Program-made: the position numbers and the translations under genes
Notes under the pieces: model-generated
Seen by the model: only the letters and a program-made list of their open reading frames with translations
What the model was told of the DNA's origin: nothing
Databases searched by the model: none
NCBI RefSeq assembly: GCF_963921235.1
Contig: NC_086104.1
Location: 4,526,001 to 4,590,000, forward strand
DNA: 64,000 nucleotides
Direction of reading: 5' to 3'
Source: Mobula hypostoma
Lineage: Eukaryota
In this document: positions 38,947-50,903 of the stretch, one piece after another
Position numbering within the stretch: the first letter of the stretch is position 1
Layout: every line of letters begins with the position of its first letter

Positions 38947-39052
38947 CTTTTCAGTTTCCTTCCTAACTCCCTGGAGAATAATTATCAGCAATGTCAATGA
39001 CATCACTGCCCCGGGAATGGAGAAATTCTTTTCCGTTTCCTTCCGAACTCCC
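38947..39052. promoter_or_regulatory. Duplicated 25 bp ISRE/ETS-IRF module
   Basis: CTTTTCAGTTTCCTTCCTAACTCCC (38947-38971) and CTTTTCCGTTTCCTTCCGAACTCCC (39028-39052), 23/25 identical; each contains GGAAANNGAAA on minus strand. Confidence 0.5.
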
Positions 39053-41443
39053 GATATCAGCTGTTCGGTTCAAGTTCAAGTTTAATTGTCATTCACTCAC
39101 ACACATGAAAACAGCCAAATGAAACAGTGTTCCTCTGGGGCCAAGGCGCAGGACACAGTACCAACAGCACACAGCACATATAGTCATGGTAGCAGGACAA
39201 CATACAGTCCAATATAGCCCAAGTCCCTGAGAGGCATAGCCTGTAGATTGATGGTCCTAGTCCAGCTTGTCTTCCACTGGACTGATCCTTTTTCACAACT
39301 ATGTTGGTATCAATTATCCCACTTCAGAATGCTGTGGATCTGATCTGAGACGTCTCTGATGCTGGCATCTTGGAGGCAACACACTTTTTTGATGAGTTTG
39401 CTTGAAGTGAAGGTGTAATTAATTCTGAGCAGAAGGTTGGAAGAGCTGGTTTGTGTGTGTGGAAGGAGGCAAGGAAAAATGGGATGAGTAGTGTGGACAT
39501 GTAGCATTTAGGCAGGGCATGTTCACATGGCCCTTTAGGAAGCAGGTATTGTTGTACAAAGAGGCTGGGAGATCTGTCCCAACCTGGTGTGAAAGGTTAA
39601 ACCCTGGGAATAAAAGGATCCTTTTTGGACTGGTTGCCGGTGACTAGTGATGTTCCAGAGGAGCCTGTGTTTGGACCGTTTCTTTTTATGTTGTATGTCG
39701 ATGATTTGGATGATGAAATTAGATAGCTTTGTGGCTACATTTGCAGATGATATGAAGATAGGTGGAGGGACATATAGAGTTGAGGAAGCAGGGAGACTGC
39801 AGAAGGACTGAGATACATTAGGAGAATGGGCAGAAAGGTGGCAGATGGAATATAGTGTTGGGAAGTGTATGGTCATGCACTTTGGTAGAAGAAATAAAAG
39901 CATAGACTATTTACTCAATGGGGCGAAAATTCAATATTGCAAGGTGCAAAAGAATTTGGAATTCCCTAGAGGTTAATATGTCAGTTCAGTCAATGTTGAA
40001 GAAGGTGAATGAAATGTTTGTATTCATTTCAAAAGGACTAAAATATATAAGCAAGGATGTAATGTTGAGGTTGTATAAGGCACTGGTAAGGCCTTACTTG
40101 GAGTATTGTGGGTAGTTTGGTGCCACTTATTGAAGAAGGAATAGGCTGTGTCACAAGGGGGTGTTAGGAGCGGACCCAAATGCAAGACACAGACACTGAA
40201 GTAATATAAACATGACTATGTTTATCAAGAATACTTGGGGAGCCAAGAAGCGAGGACAAAATAACAACACAAGCGAAGACGTAGAATAATAAATCGGAAA
40301 ACCTGGACTTGGACTTGGGACTTGAGCTTGACAGGGAAATGGGGTCATTACTCGGAATTCGTGTCTTGGTAGGGAGTCGATACCTGGGTTTTGTCTTGGC
40401 TCTTGACTAGAACTCGGACTTGGCTTGGCTTAGACATGGACTTGACTGAGAACTCAGGTCATGACTCGGAACTCTGGTCTTGGCAGGGACTCGGTCCCTG
40501 GGTCTTGTCTTGGCTTGACTTAGAACCCAGGCTTGACTTGACCAAGAACTCGGGTTGACTTGACCAGGAAGTCGGGCTCAAGCTCAAACTCCAACTTGAC
40601 TAGACTTGGACTCTTCTTGGGCACTCCGGGACTCTCCTTGGACACAGGACACGGAGCCGGGATCCTTCTTGGACACAGGGCCGGGGGCTTTCTTGGTATG
40701 AGTTTCTGATGCCGAGCTTCTTGATGTGGGTTTCGGGTGCTGAGCTTCTTGGTATGGGTTCTGACAGAGATTCTAACGGGGATGGTCCTGCAAAGGAATA
40801 GCTGTACCCCTGAGCTATTTATGTTGCAAGCACGAAATGAGGATCAGCTACCTCAATCAAGATGCCCAACGGAACAAGGGGAAAAAGGCATAACCGGAAT
40901 ACGGAATCCATGGACCAGACAGTTCACCAGAATGTGGACTTCACGGATCGGACCGTGACGGTACTCCCATCCGCCTCTATGGGAATCTCCTGTTGATCTA
41001 ACAGGCTTGCCCAGATTATCAACGATCCGGGCGGATGGGGGGGGGGGTGGGTTTCAACAAGAGGGAACACTGGATGGCTGGAGTTTAACAACAGTGTCTT
41101 TGTCGCTGGGTCCATGTTTGACTGGGCCATTCTGTCACAAGGGGGCATTGGGAGTGGAATCAAATACAAGACACAGACACTGAAGTAATATGAACATGAC
41201 TATGTTTATTAAGAATACTAGGGGAGCCAAGGAGCGAGGACAAAATAACAACACGGGCGTAGAAGTGGAATAATAATTTGGGAAACCTGGACTTGGACTT
41301 GGGACTTGAGCTGGACAGGGAACTCGGGTCATGACTCGGAACTCGGGTCTTGGCAAGGACTAGGTACCTGCGTCTTGTCTACTTGACTTGGTAGAAAAAG
41401 TCATTTTTTTTCTTAAACACTGCTCGGGGAGAAGGGTCTGCAC

Positions 41444-41480
41444 TGCGCAGGCGCATGACGTAGCGCGCCAAGGTTTAAAA
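41444..41480 (+). promoter_or_regulatory. Candidate CR1 internal promoter: NRF1 site, CRE half-site, TATA-like
   Basis: TGCGCAGGCGCA (41444-41455), TGACGT (41456-41461), TTTAAAA (41474-41480). Confidence 0.4.
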
Positions 41481-43746
41481 AGCAGACCACCAGATACAGC
41501 GGCCATCGTCGGAGTGGACTGAGTCAGAGTGGGACAACTTTGGCTGAACAGGCTTCGGCGAGAACAGGCAGAGGCCAGGGTAGGTTCTGGTAAGTTTTTT
41601 TTTATTCCGATTGTCTAGCGTAGAGAGAATGCCAGGCAGGATGTTGGAATGCTCCTCTTGCAGGATGTGGGAAGTCAGGGAGCCCTCCGGTATCCCTGAC
41701 AACGACACCTGCAAGGAGTGCATCCAGCTGCAGCTCCTAACAAACCGCGTTAGGGAACTGGAGCAGGAGCTAGATGACCTGCGGATCATTCGGGAGAATG
41801 AGGAGATTATAGATAGTAGCTGCAGGGAGGTAGTTATGCCAAAGGAGCAGAGGACAGGAAATTGGGTCACTGTCAGGCGAGGGAAGAGGAAAGGGCAGGC
41901 AGAGCAGGGTTCCCCTGTGGCCATTCCTCTCAACAACAAGTATACCGCATTGGATACTGTTGGGGGGGGATGACTTACCTGGGACAAGCTGCAGTAGCCG
42001 GATCTCTGGCACTGAGTCTGGCTCTGCAGTGCAGAAGGGAGGGGGGAAAAGAGGAGAGTGGTAGTGATAGGGGACTCAATAGTTAGAGGTACAGATAGGA
42101 GGTTCTGTGGTCGTGACAGAGAATCCAGGATGGTTTGTTGCCTCTCGGGTGCCAGGGTCAAGGATGTCTCTGATCGATTGCATGACATTCTGAAGTGGGA
42201 GGGTGACCAGCCAGATGTCGTGGTGCACATCGGTACCAATGACATAGCAAGGAAGAGTGAGGAGGTCCTGGACAGTGAGTATAGAGAGCTTGGTAGGAAG
42301 TTGAAAAGCAGGACCTCAAGGGTGGTAATCTCAGGATTGCTACCTGTGCTACGTGCCGGTGAGGGGAGGAATAGGATGCTCTGGAGGATGAACAAGTGGC
42401 TGAGGAGCTGGTGTAGGGAGCAGGGTTTCAGATTTCAGGATCATTGGGACCTCTTCTGGGGCAGGTGGGACCTGTACAAGAGAGACGGGTTACACTTGAA
42501 CTACAGGGGGATCAATATCCTTTCAGGGAGGTTTGTTAATGCTTTATGGGAGGCTTCAAACTAGATTTGCAGGGGGATGGGAAGCAGAGTGACAGAGCTG
42601 ACAGTGTGGCTGGGGTGAAAATAAATGATGTTAAAAGTTCAAGCAAATCCGCTAATAGAAAGGTTGTGAGTGGTGGGCAAAATCTTCTGAGGTGTATATA
42701 TTTCAATGCTAGGAGTACTGCGGGGAAGACGGATGAGTTGAGGGTGTGGATTGACACATGGAATTATGACGTTATAGCAATTAGTGAAACTTGGCTACAG
42801 GAGGGGCAGGACTGGTAGCTTAATATTCCAGGGTTCCAATGTTTCAGATGTGATCAAGGCAGAGGACTGAAAGGTGGGGGAGTAGCATTGCTTGTTAGGG
42901 AAAATATTACAGCAGTGCTCAGGCAGGACAGATTAGAGGGCTTGTCTACTGAGTCCTTATGGGTGGAGCTGAGAAACAGGAAAGGTATGGCCACATTAGT
43001 GGGATTGTATTACAGACCATCCAATAGTCAACGAGAATTGGAAGAGCAAATCAGCAGAGAGATAGCAGGCAACTGCAGGAAACATAAAGTTATGGGGGGT
43101 AGGGGATTTTAATTTTCCATATATTGATTGGGTCTCCCATACTGTTAGGGGTCTAGATGGTTTAGAGTTTGTAAAATGTGTTCAGGAAAGTTTTCTAAAT
43201 CAATATATAGAGGGGCCAACTAGAGGGGATGCACTATTGGATCTCCTGTTAGGAAACGAGTTAGGACAAGTTGCAGAAGTCTGTGCAGGGGAGCACTTTG
43301 ATTCCAGTGATCATAACACCATTAGTTTCAACTAGATCATGGACAAGGATAGTTCTGGTCCTAGGGTTGAGGTTCTTAACTGGAAGAAGGCCAAATTTGA
43401 AGAAATGAGAAAGGATCTAAAAAGCGTGGATTGGGACAGGTTGTTCTCTGGCAAAGATGTGATTGGTACGTGGGAAGCCTTCAAAGGAGAAATTTTGAGA
43501 GTGCAGAATTTATTTGTTCCTGTCAGGATTAAAGGCAAAGTGAATAGGAATAAGGAACCTTAGTTCTCAAGGGATATTGCAACTCTGATAAAGAAGAAGA
43601 GGGAGTTGTATGACATGTATAGGAAACAGGGAGTAAATAAGGTGCTTGAGGAGTATAAGAAGTGCAAGAAAATACTTAAGAAAGAAATCAGGAGGGCTAA
43701 AAGAAGACATGAGGTTGCTTTGACTGTCAAAGTAAAGGATAATCCA

Positions 43747-44553
43747 TAGAACCATAGAAACTACAGCACAGAAACAGGCCCTTTGGCCCTTCTTGGCTGG
43801 GCCGAACCATTTTCTGCCTAGTCCCACTGACCTGCACACGGACCATATCCCTCCATACACCTCCCATCCATGTATCTGTCCAATTTATTCTTAAATGTTA
43901 AAAAAGAACCCGCATTTACCACCTCGTCTGGCAGTTCATTCCATACTCCCACCAGTCTCTGTGTGAAGAAGCCCTCCCTAATGTTCCCTTTAAACTTTTC
44001 CCCCCTCACCCTTAACCCACGTCCTCTGGTTTTTTTCTCTCCTTGCCTCAGTGGAAAAAGCCTGCTTGCATTCACTCTATCTATACCCATCATAATTTTA
44101 TATACCTCTATCAAATCTCCCCTCAGTCTTCTATGCTCCAGGGAATAAAGTCCTAACCTATTCAACCTTTCTCTGTAACTGAGTTTCTCAAGTCCCGGCA
44201 ACATCCTTGTAAACCTTCTCTGCACTCTTTCAACCTTATTTATATCCTTCTGTAATTTGGTGACCAAAACTGAACACAATACTCCAGATTCGGCCTCACC
44301 AATGCCTTATACAATCTCATCATAACATTCCAACTCCTCATGTCTTCTCTTAGCCCTCCTGATTTCTTTCTTAAGTATTTTCTTGCACTTCTTATACTGC
44401 TCAAGCACCTTATTTACTCCCTGCTTCTTATACATGTCATACAACTCCCTCTTCTTCTTTATCAGAGTTGCAATATCCCTTGAGAACCAAGGTTCCTTAT
44501 TCCTATTTACTTTGCCTTTAATCCTGACAGGAACAAACAAATTCTGCACTCTC
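43747..44553 (-). mobile_element. Inverted chimeric CR1 insert within CR1
   Basis: AATCCA duplication (43741-43746, 44554-44559); CR1 3' end (43747-44335) fused to inverted copy of about 43497-43712. Confidence 0.85.
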
Positions 44554-46619
44554 AATCCAAAGAGAGTTTACAGGTATATTAAGAGCAAAAGGATTGTAAG
44601 GGATAAAATTGGTCTTCTTGAAGATCAGAGAGGTCGGCTATGTGAGGAAACAAAGGAAATGGGGGAGATCTTAAATAGGTTTTTTGCGTCTGTATTTACT
44701 AAGGAAACTGGCATGAAGACTATGGAATTAAGGGAAGCAAGTAGTGAGATCATGGAAACTGTACAGATCGAAAAGGAGGAGGTCCTTGCTGTCTTGAGGA
44801 AAATTAAAGTAGATAAATCCCCAGGACCTGACAGGGTGTTCCCTCGGACCTTGAAGGAGACCAGTGTTGAAATTGCAGGGGCCCTGGCAGAAATATTTAA
44901 AATGTCGCTGTCTACAGCTGAGGTGCCAGAGGATTGGAGAGTGGCTCATGTTGTTCTGTTGTTTAAAAAAGGATCGAAAAGTAATCCGGGAAATTATAGG
45001 CCAGTAAGTTTAACGTCAGTAGTAGGTAAGTTATTGGAGGGAGTACTAAGAGACAGAATCTACAAGCATTTGGATAGACAGGGACTTACTAGGAAGAGTC
45101 AACATGGCTTTGTGCGTGGTAGGTCATGTTTGACCAATCTATTGGAGTTTTTCGAGGAGGTTACCAGGAAAGTGGATGAAGGGAAGGCAGTGGATATAGT
45201 CTAAATGGACTTCAGTAAGGCCTTTGACAAGGTTCCGCATGGGAGGTTAGTTAGGAAAATTCAGTCGCTAGGTATACGTGGAGAGGTGGTAAATTGGATT
45301 AGACATTGGCTCAATGGAAGAAGCCAAAGAGTGGTAGTAGAGAATTGCTTCTCTGAGTGGAGGCCTGTGACTAGTGGTGTGCCACAGGGATCAGTGCTGG
45401 GTCCATTGTTATTTGTCATCTATATCAATGATCTGGATGATAATGTGGTAAATTGGATCAGCAAATTTGCTGATGATATAAAGATTGGAGGTGTAGTAGA
45501 CAGCAAGGAAGCTTTTCAGAGCCTGCAGAGGGACTTGGACCAACTGGGAAAATGGGCTAAAAAATGGCAGATGGAGTTTAATACAGACAAGTATGAGGTA
45601 TTGCATGTTGGAAGGACAAACCAAGGTAGAACATACAGGGTTAATGGTAAGGCACTGAAAAGTGCAGTGGAACAGAGGGATCTGGGAATACAGATAGAAA
45701 ATTCCCTAAAAGTAGCATCACAGGTAGATAGGGTCGTAAAGAGAGCTTTTGGTACATTGGCCTTTATTAATCAAAGTATTGAGTATGAGAGCTGGAATGT
45801 TATGATGAGGTTGTATAAGGCATTGGTGAGGCCGAATCTGGAGTATTGTGTTCAGTTATGGTCACCAAATTACAGGAAGGATATAAATAAGGTTGAAAGA
45901 GTGCAGAGAAGGTTTACAAGGATGCTGCCGGGACTTGAGAAACTCAGTTACAGAGAAAGGTTGAATAGGTTAGGATTTTATTCCCTAGAGTGTAGAAGAA
46001 TGAGGGGAGATTTAATAGAGGTATATAAAATTATGATGGGTATTAATACAGTGAATGCAAGCAGGCTTTTTCCACGGAGGCAAGGGGAGAAAAAAACCAG
46101 AGGACATGGGTTAAGGGTGAGGGGGGAAAAGTTTAAAGTGAACATTAAGGGGGGCTTCTTCACACAGAGAGTGGTGGGAGTATGGAATGAGCTGCCAGAC
46201 GAGGTGGTAAATGTGGGTTCTTTTTTAACATTTAAGAATAAATTGGACAGATACATGGATGGGAGGTGTATGGAAGGATATGGTCCATGTGCAGGTCAGT
46301 GGGACTAGGCAGAAAATAGTTCAGCACAGTCAAGAAGGGCCAAAAGGCCTGTTTCTGTGCTGTAGTTTCTATGGTTCTATGGTTCTATGGCTTAGCTTGG
46401 ATGCGGACTTGACTGAGAAATCAAGACATGACTCGGAACTCAGATCTTGGCAGGGACTCGGTCCCTGGGTCTTGTGTTGGCTTGACTTAGAACTCGGGCT
46501 TGGCTTGACCAGGAACTCAGACTTGACTTGACTTGACCAGGAAGCTGGGCTCAAACTCAGACTCCGACTTGACTAGACTTGGACTCTTCTTGGACGCAGA
46601 ACCGGGACTTGACCCACAG

Positions 46620-46860
46620 GACACAGAGCCGGGACTCTCCTTGGACACGGGACACAGAGCCGGGACTCTCCTTGGACACAGGACACAGAGCCGGGACTCT
46701 CCTTGGACACGGGACACAGAACTGAGACTCTTCTTGGACACAGGACACAGAGCCGGGACTCTCCTTGGACACGGGACACAGAACTGAGACTCTTCTTGGA
46801 CACAGGACACAGAGCCGGGACTCTCCTTGGACACGGGACACAGAGCCGGGACTCTACTTG
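46620..46860. repeat. 31 bp minisatellite inside LTR (about 8 copies)
   Basis: GGACACAGAGCCGGGACTCTCCTTGGACAC(A/G) units. Confidence 0.9.
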
Positions 46861-47028
46861 GACACAGGGCCGGGACCCTTCTTGGACACAGGGCTGGGAC
46901 CCTTCTTGGACACAGGGCCAGGACCCTTCCTGGACACAGGGCCAGGACCCTTCCTGGACACAGGGCCGGGACCCTTCTTGGACATAGGGCCGGGACCCTT
47001 CTTGGACACAGGGCCGGGACCCTTCTTG
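46861..47028. repeat. 24 bp minisatellite inside LTR (7 copies)
   Basis: GACACAGGGCCGGGACCCTTCTTG units. Confidence 0.9.
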
Positions 47029-50000
47029 GTATGAGTTTCTGATGCCGAGCTTCTTGATGTGGGTTTCGGGTGCTGAGCTTCTTGGTATGGGTTCTGACAG
47101 AGATTCTAACGGGGATGGTCCAGCAAAGGAATAGCTGTACCCCTGAGCTATTTATGTTGCAAGCACGAAATGAGGATCAGCTACCTCAATCAAGATGCCC
47201 AACGGAACAAGGGGAAAAAGGCATAACCGGAATATCCATGGACCAGACAGTGAACCAGAATGCGGACTTCACGGATTGGACCGAGACGGTACTCCCATCC
47301 GCCTCTATGGGAGTCTCCTGTTGATCCAACAGACTTGCCCAGACTATCAACGATCCAGGTGGGTAGAAGGGTGGGTTTCAACAAGAGGGAACACTGGATG
47401 GCTGGAGTTTAACAACAGTGTCTTTGTCGCTGGGTCCATGTTTGACTGGGCCATTCTGTCACAAGGGGGACATTGGGAGTGGAATCAAATACAAGACACA
47501 GACACTGAGGTAATATGAACATGACTATGTTTATTAAGAATACTAGGGGAGCCAAGGAGTGAGGACAAAATAACAACGTGGGCGTAGACGTGGAATAATA
47601 AATCGGAAAACCTGGACTTGGACTTGGGACTTGAGCTTGACTGGGAACTCGTGTCATGACTTGGAACTCGGGTCTTGGCAGGGACTTGGTACCTGGGTCT
47701 TGTCTTGGTTCTTGACTAGAACTCGGATTTGGCTTAGCTTGGACGTAGACTTGACTGAGAAATCAAGACATGACTCGGAACTCGGGTCTAGGCAGGGACT
47801 CGGTCCCTGGGTCTTGTCTTGGCTTGACTTAGAACTCAAGCTTGGCTTGACCAGGAACTCTGGTTGACTTGACCAAGAACTCGGGCTCAAGCTCAGACTC
47901 CGACCTGACTAGACTTGGACCCTTCTTGGACACAGGGCCGGGACCCTTCTTGGTATGAGTTTCTGATGCCGAGCTTCTTGATGTGGGTTTCGGGTTCTTG
48001 GTATGAGTTCTGGCAGAGATTCTAATGGGGATGGTCCAGCAAAGGAATAGCTGTACCCCTGTGCTATTTATGTTGCAAGCCCGAAATGAGGATCAGCTAC
48101 CTCAATCAAGATGCCCAATGGAACAAGGGGAAAAAAGAATAACCGGAATACAGAATCCACGGACCGGACCGTGGCAGTCTGAGGTTAGAGAGGGTTCTGA
48201 AATGGTTCCAGACAATTATTCTTGGGATAAAAGGATTATCATCTCAGCTATAATTGAAGACTTTTCACCCAGCGTTTAGAAGAATGAGGGTGGATATCTC
48301 TGTAACCTATCAAATGTTGAAATATCTATATAGACTGGATGTGAAGTGAATGTTTCCTTTGGTGGGAGAGTCTAGGACAAGGGGGCAGAGCTTCAAACTA
48401 GAGGAACGTCCATTTAGAGCAGATATGAGGAGGAATTTCTTTAGTCATAGTGTGGTGAATATAAGGAATTAATTGCCACGGACGGCTGTGGAATTCAAGT
48501 CATTAGGAGTATTTAAGACAGAGGTTGATAGGTTCTTGATTAGTCAGGTCATGAAGGGATAAGACAGGAGAATTTTTTTGATTAGATTATGAGGACACTC
48601 AGTCCTCGTTTATTGTCACTTAGAAATGCATGCATTAAAAAATTATACGACATTCCTCCAGAATGATATCACAGGAAAAACACAGGACAAACCAAGACTA
48701 AAACTGACAAAACCACATAATTATAACACATAGTTACAACAGTGCAAAGCAATACCATAATTTGATAAAGAGCAGACCATGGGCACAGTAAAAAAAAAGT
48801 CTCAAAGTCTTGATAGCCTCATCATCTCACGCAGCCCCCAGAAGGGAGAAACTCTCCCTGCCATGAACCTCCAAGTGCCACAAACTTGCTGATGCAGCAC
48901 CATTGGAAGCACCCGATCGTACCAGACTCTGAGACCATCCGAAAACTCCGAGCCTCTGATGAGCCCCTCCGACACAGCCTCTCTGAGCACCATCCTCTGC
49001 CGAGCGCTTCGACCCCACCCCAGCCGCTGAGCAACAAGCAAAACCGAGGACTCGGGGCCTTCCCCTCAGAGATTCTGGACCACACAGTAGCAGCAGCAGC
49101 GGAACAGGCATTTCAGAAGTTTCACCAGATGTTCCTCTGTGCTCTCACATCCGTCTCCATCGAATCAGGATTGTGCACAGCACCCTGCTTGACAAATAAC
49201 AGACATCACAATCGGAGTGGCCGCTGCGAGCTGTGTCGCGCCGCCATCTTCTCCTCCCCCCTGAGAAGGAAATGGATCAGCCATGATGAAATGGTGAACA
49301 GACTTGATTGGATAAATGGACAATTTTTGCTCCTGTGTATTACAGTCTTTGGTTAGTACACAGGAAAGAATGCAGAAGTGATTATCAAAGACATTTATGG
49401 ACTCATGCAGAGGGCTTGAGTTACAAACAGAATCAGGATACACTGGGGTATTTATTGCTGGAGTGAAAGAGTCTGATGTGACCGGAGACATGTCTAAGAT
49501 CATGGGGGAGCTAGACAAATTTTACCGTTTGCGCAATTTGTTCTTTTCTCACACATTAAGTATTTAATGTTTTCTTGAACGGATTCCATGTTGTTTCGTT
49601 GTTCAGTGACTGCCTGTGGGAAGATGAATCTCAGAGTTGTATTCTGTGTACACATGTTAATAATAAATGTACTTTAAATCTTTAATATGGTGGGTGGTCA
49701 GAGTCCTTTTCTCAGGGAAGGGGAATCTAAAGGAAATGGTGTAGGTTTAAGATGGCGGGGGGGAGACTGAACAGGGCCCAGAGGGACATGTTTTCCACAG
49801 GGAGGATGGTGTGTATATGGATCGAGCTGTCAGAGGAAGTGGTAGAGGGGGTACAATTACAACATTTAAAATATATGACAAAAAGAATGTGGACAGTCAA
49901 CTTTTGAGGGATTATGGACCCAACACAGGGAAATAGGACCAGGCCAGAGAAACATCTTGGTCAGCAGGGACATGTTGGGCAGAACAGCCCATTTCCGTGA

Positions 50001-50193
50001 TGTATAAGTTCATGACTCTGTGACCCTCAGGCCTCGTTTGTTCTTCAGGCCTGTCTCCATCCCACGGTTCAGCCCGTCAGCACATCAGTGCCATTTGGTC
50101 ACAATTGGGTTGATATCCCCAACTAGATTAATACTGACGTGATATCCCCTGGGTCCGGCTTTTTTATGACCTTCAGTTGTTTACTGCCCACAG

Positions 50194-50562
50194 GTGTAAA
50201 TGCAGGGACAGTCCTGATCCAATCGCCAGGAGTTGTGAAGGTGCGTGAAGCTGGAACGGTGCAGATACAGTGTGTCCCGGAGATGAGCAATATGAATATC
50301 ATGGTGATCAATTTGTATATACACTGGTGCAACTGATGTCATAAACCAACAGATAAAGGAATAGGAATAGTCCTTAGTCTTTATAGTAATGACCAAGTTT
50401 ACAGAACATGGGGCTTCTCCAATCGATTTTAGCTATCCAGGAATGTCACCACTAACAGCTACTCACTGACCATCAGCAACGTGAAGCTCACCGACTCTAA
50501 ACTTTACATCTGTGGCATTTGGGGGTCAGTCTTTGGAAAGGGAACCCAGCTGAATGTGACCA
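50194..50562 (+). pseudogene. Germline-joined V-J immunoglobulin-domain exon, pseudogene
   Basis: CAG acceptor (50191-50193); (G)VNAGTVLIQSPGVVKVREAGTVQIQC..IHW..GFSNRF*LSRN..YSLTISNV..DSKLYICGIWGSVFGKGTQLNVT; donor GTGAGT at 50563; in-frame stops at 50334-50336 and 50430-50432. Confidence 0.88.
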
Positions 50563-50656
50563 GTGAGTACTTCATGTTGGTTCTGTTTTCCAGTCACATC
50601 CCTGTATCAATGAGTACTGATGATACTGTATGTTCAGTTTCACAGAAACAGGCGTT

Positions 50657-50903
50657 TTCTCTCTCTTTCCTTTCTTAAGAAGTGGGATAAAATTAGCTAC
50701 CCTCCAATCCTCAGGAACTGATCTTGAAACTATAGAACATTGGAAAATAATTACCAATACATCCATGATTTCTAGTGCCACCTCCTTAAGTACCCTGGGA
50801 TGCAGACCATCAGGCCCTGGGGATTTATCAGCCTTCAGACACATCAGTCTACCCAACACCATTTTCTGCCTAATATGAATTTCCTTCAGTTCCTCTGTTA
50901 CCC
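50657..50903 (-). mobile_element. CR1 fragment in intron after the V-J pseudo-exon
   Basis: KADKSPGPDGLHPRVLKEVA...VPEDWRVAN. Confidence 0.9.

Larger units (their letters stand above)
41391..46387 (+). mobile_element. Full-length CR1 LINE (5' UTR, ORF1 Zn-finger/coiled-coil/SGNH esterase, ORF2, tail), inactivated by point lesions
   Basis: ORF1 41611-42564 (CSSC..CKEC, GDSIVRG, HIGTND, DGLHLN; frameshift in G-run near 41963-41970); ORF2 pieces to 46308; (TCTATGGT)n tail. Confidence 0.95.
40149..48176 (-). mobile_element. Three-LTR tandem mini-LTR element: LTR 47457-48176, internal 47289-47456, LTR 41133-47288 (split by CR1), internal 40961-41132, LTR 40149-40960
   Basis: Two near-identical internal regions (GAATGGCCCAGTCAAACATGGACCCAGCG...GAGGCGGATGGGAGTAC); flanks GGCTG / GTCTG. 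Confidence 0.85.
39570..48570 (+). mobile_element. Decayed host CR1 (39570-40148 and 48177-48570) split by an 8 kb composite insertion
   Basis: LVRPYLEYC...-like sequence before 40149 continues as degenerate ...RRFTRMIPG...RGDL after 48176. Confidence 0.75.

Noticed and set aside
41475-42395. 306 aa minus-strand ORF
   Set aside because: Antisense shadow of CR1 ORF1; no independent domain signal.
46620-47030. CRISPR-like array or repetitive protein ORFs
   Set aside because: Head-to-tail repeats with no unique spacers, inside an LTR in eukaryotic DNA; the ORFs are by-products.
49330-49520. Ser/Thr/Pro-rich ORF resembling a mucin stalk
   Set aside because: It is the antisense of a decayed CR1 3' region (GLSY...LGY..LE...).
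50644-50680. ETGVFSLFP after a good acceptor, resembling an Ig C1 start
   Set aside because: FSLFP is the antisense of CR1 KGKREK; only about 9 nt are non-CR1.
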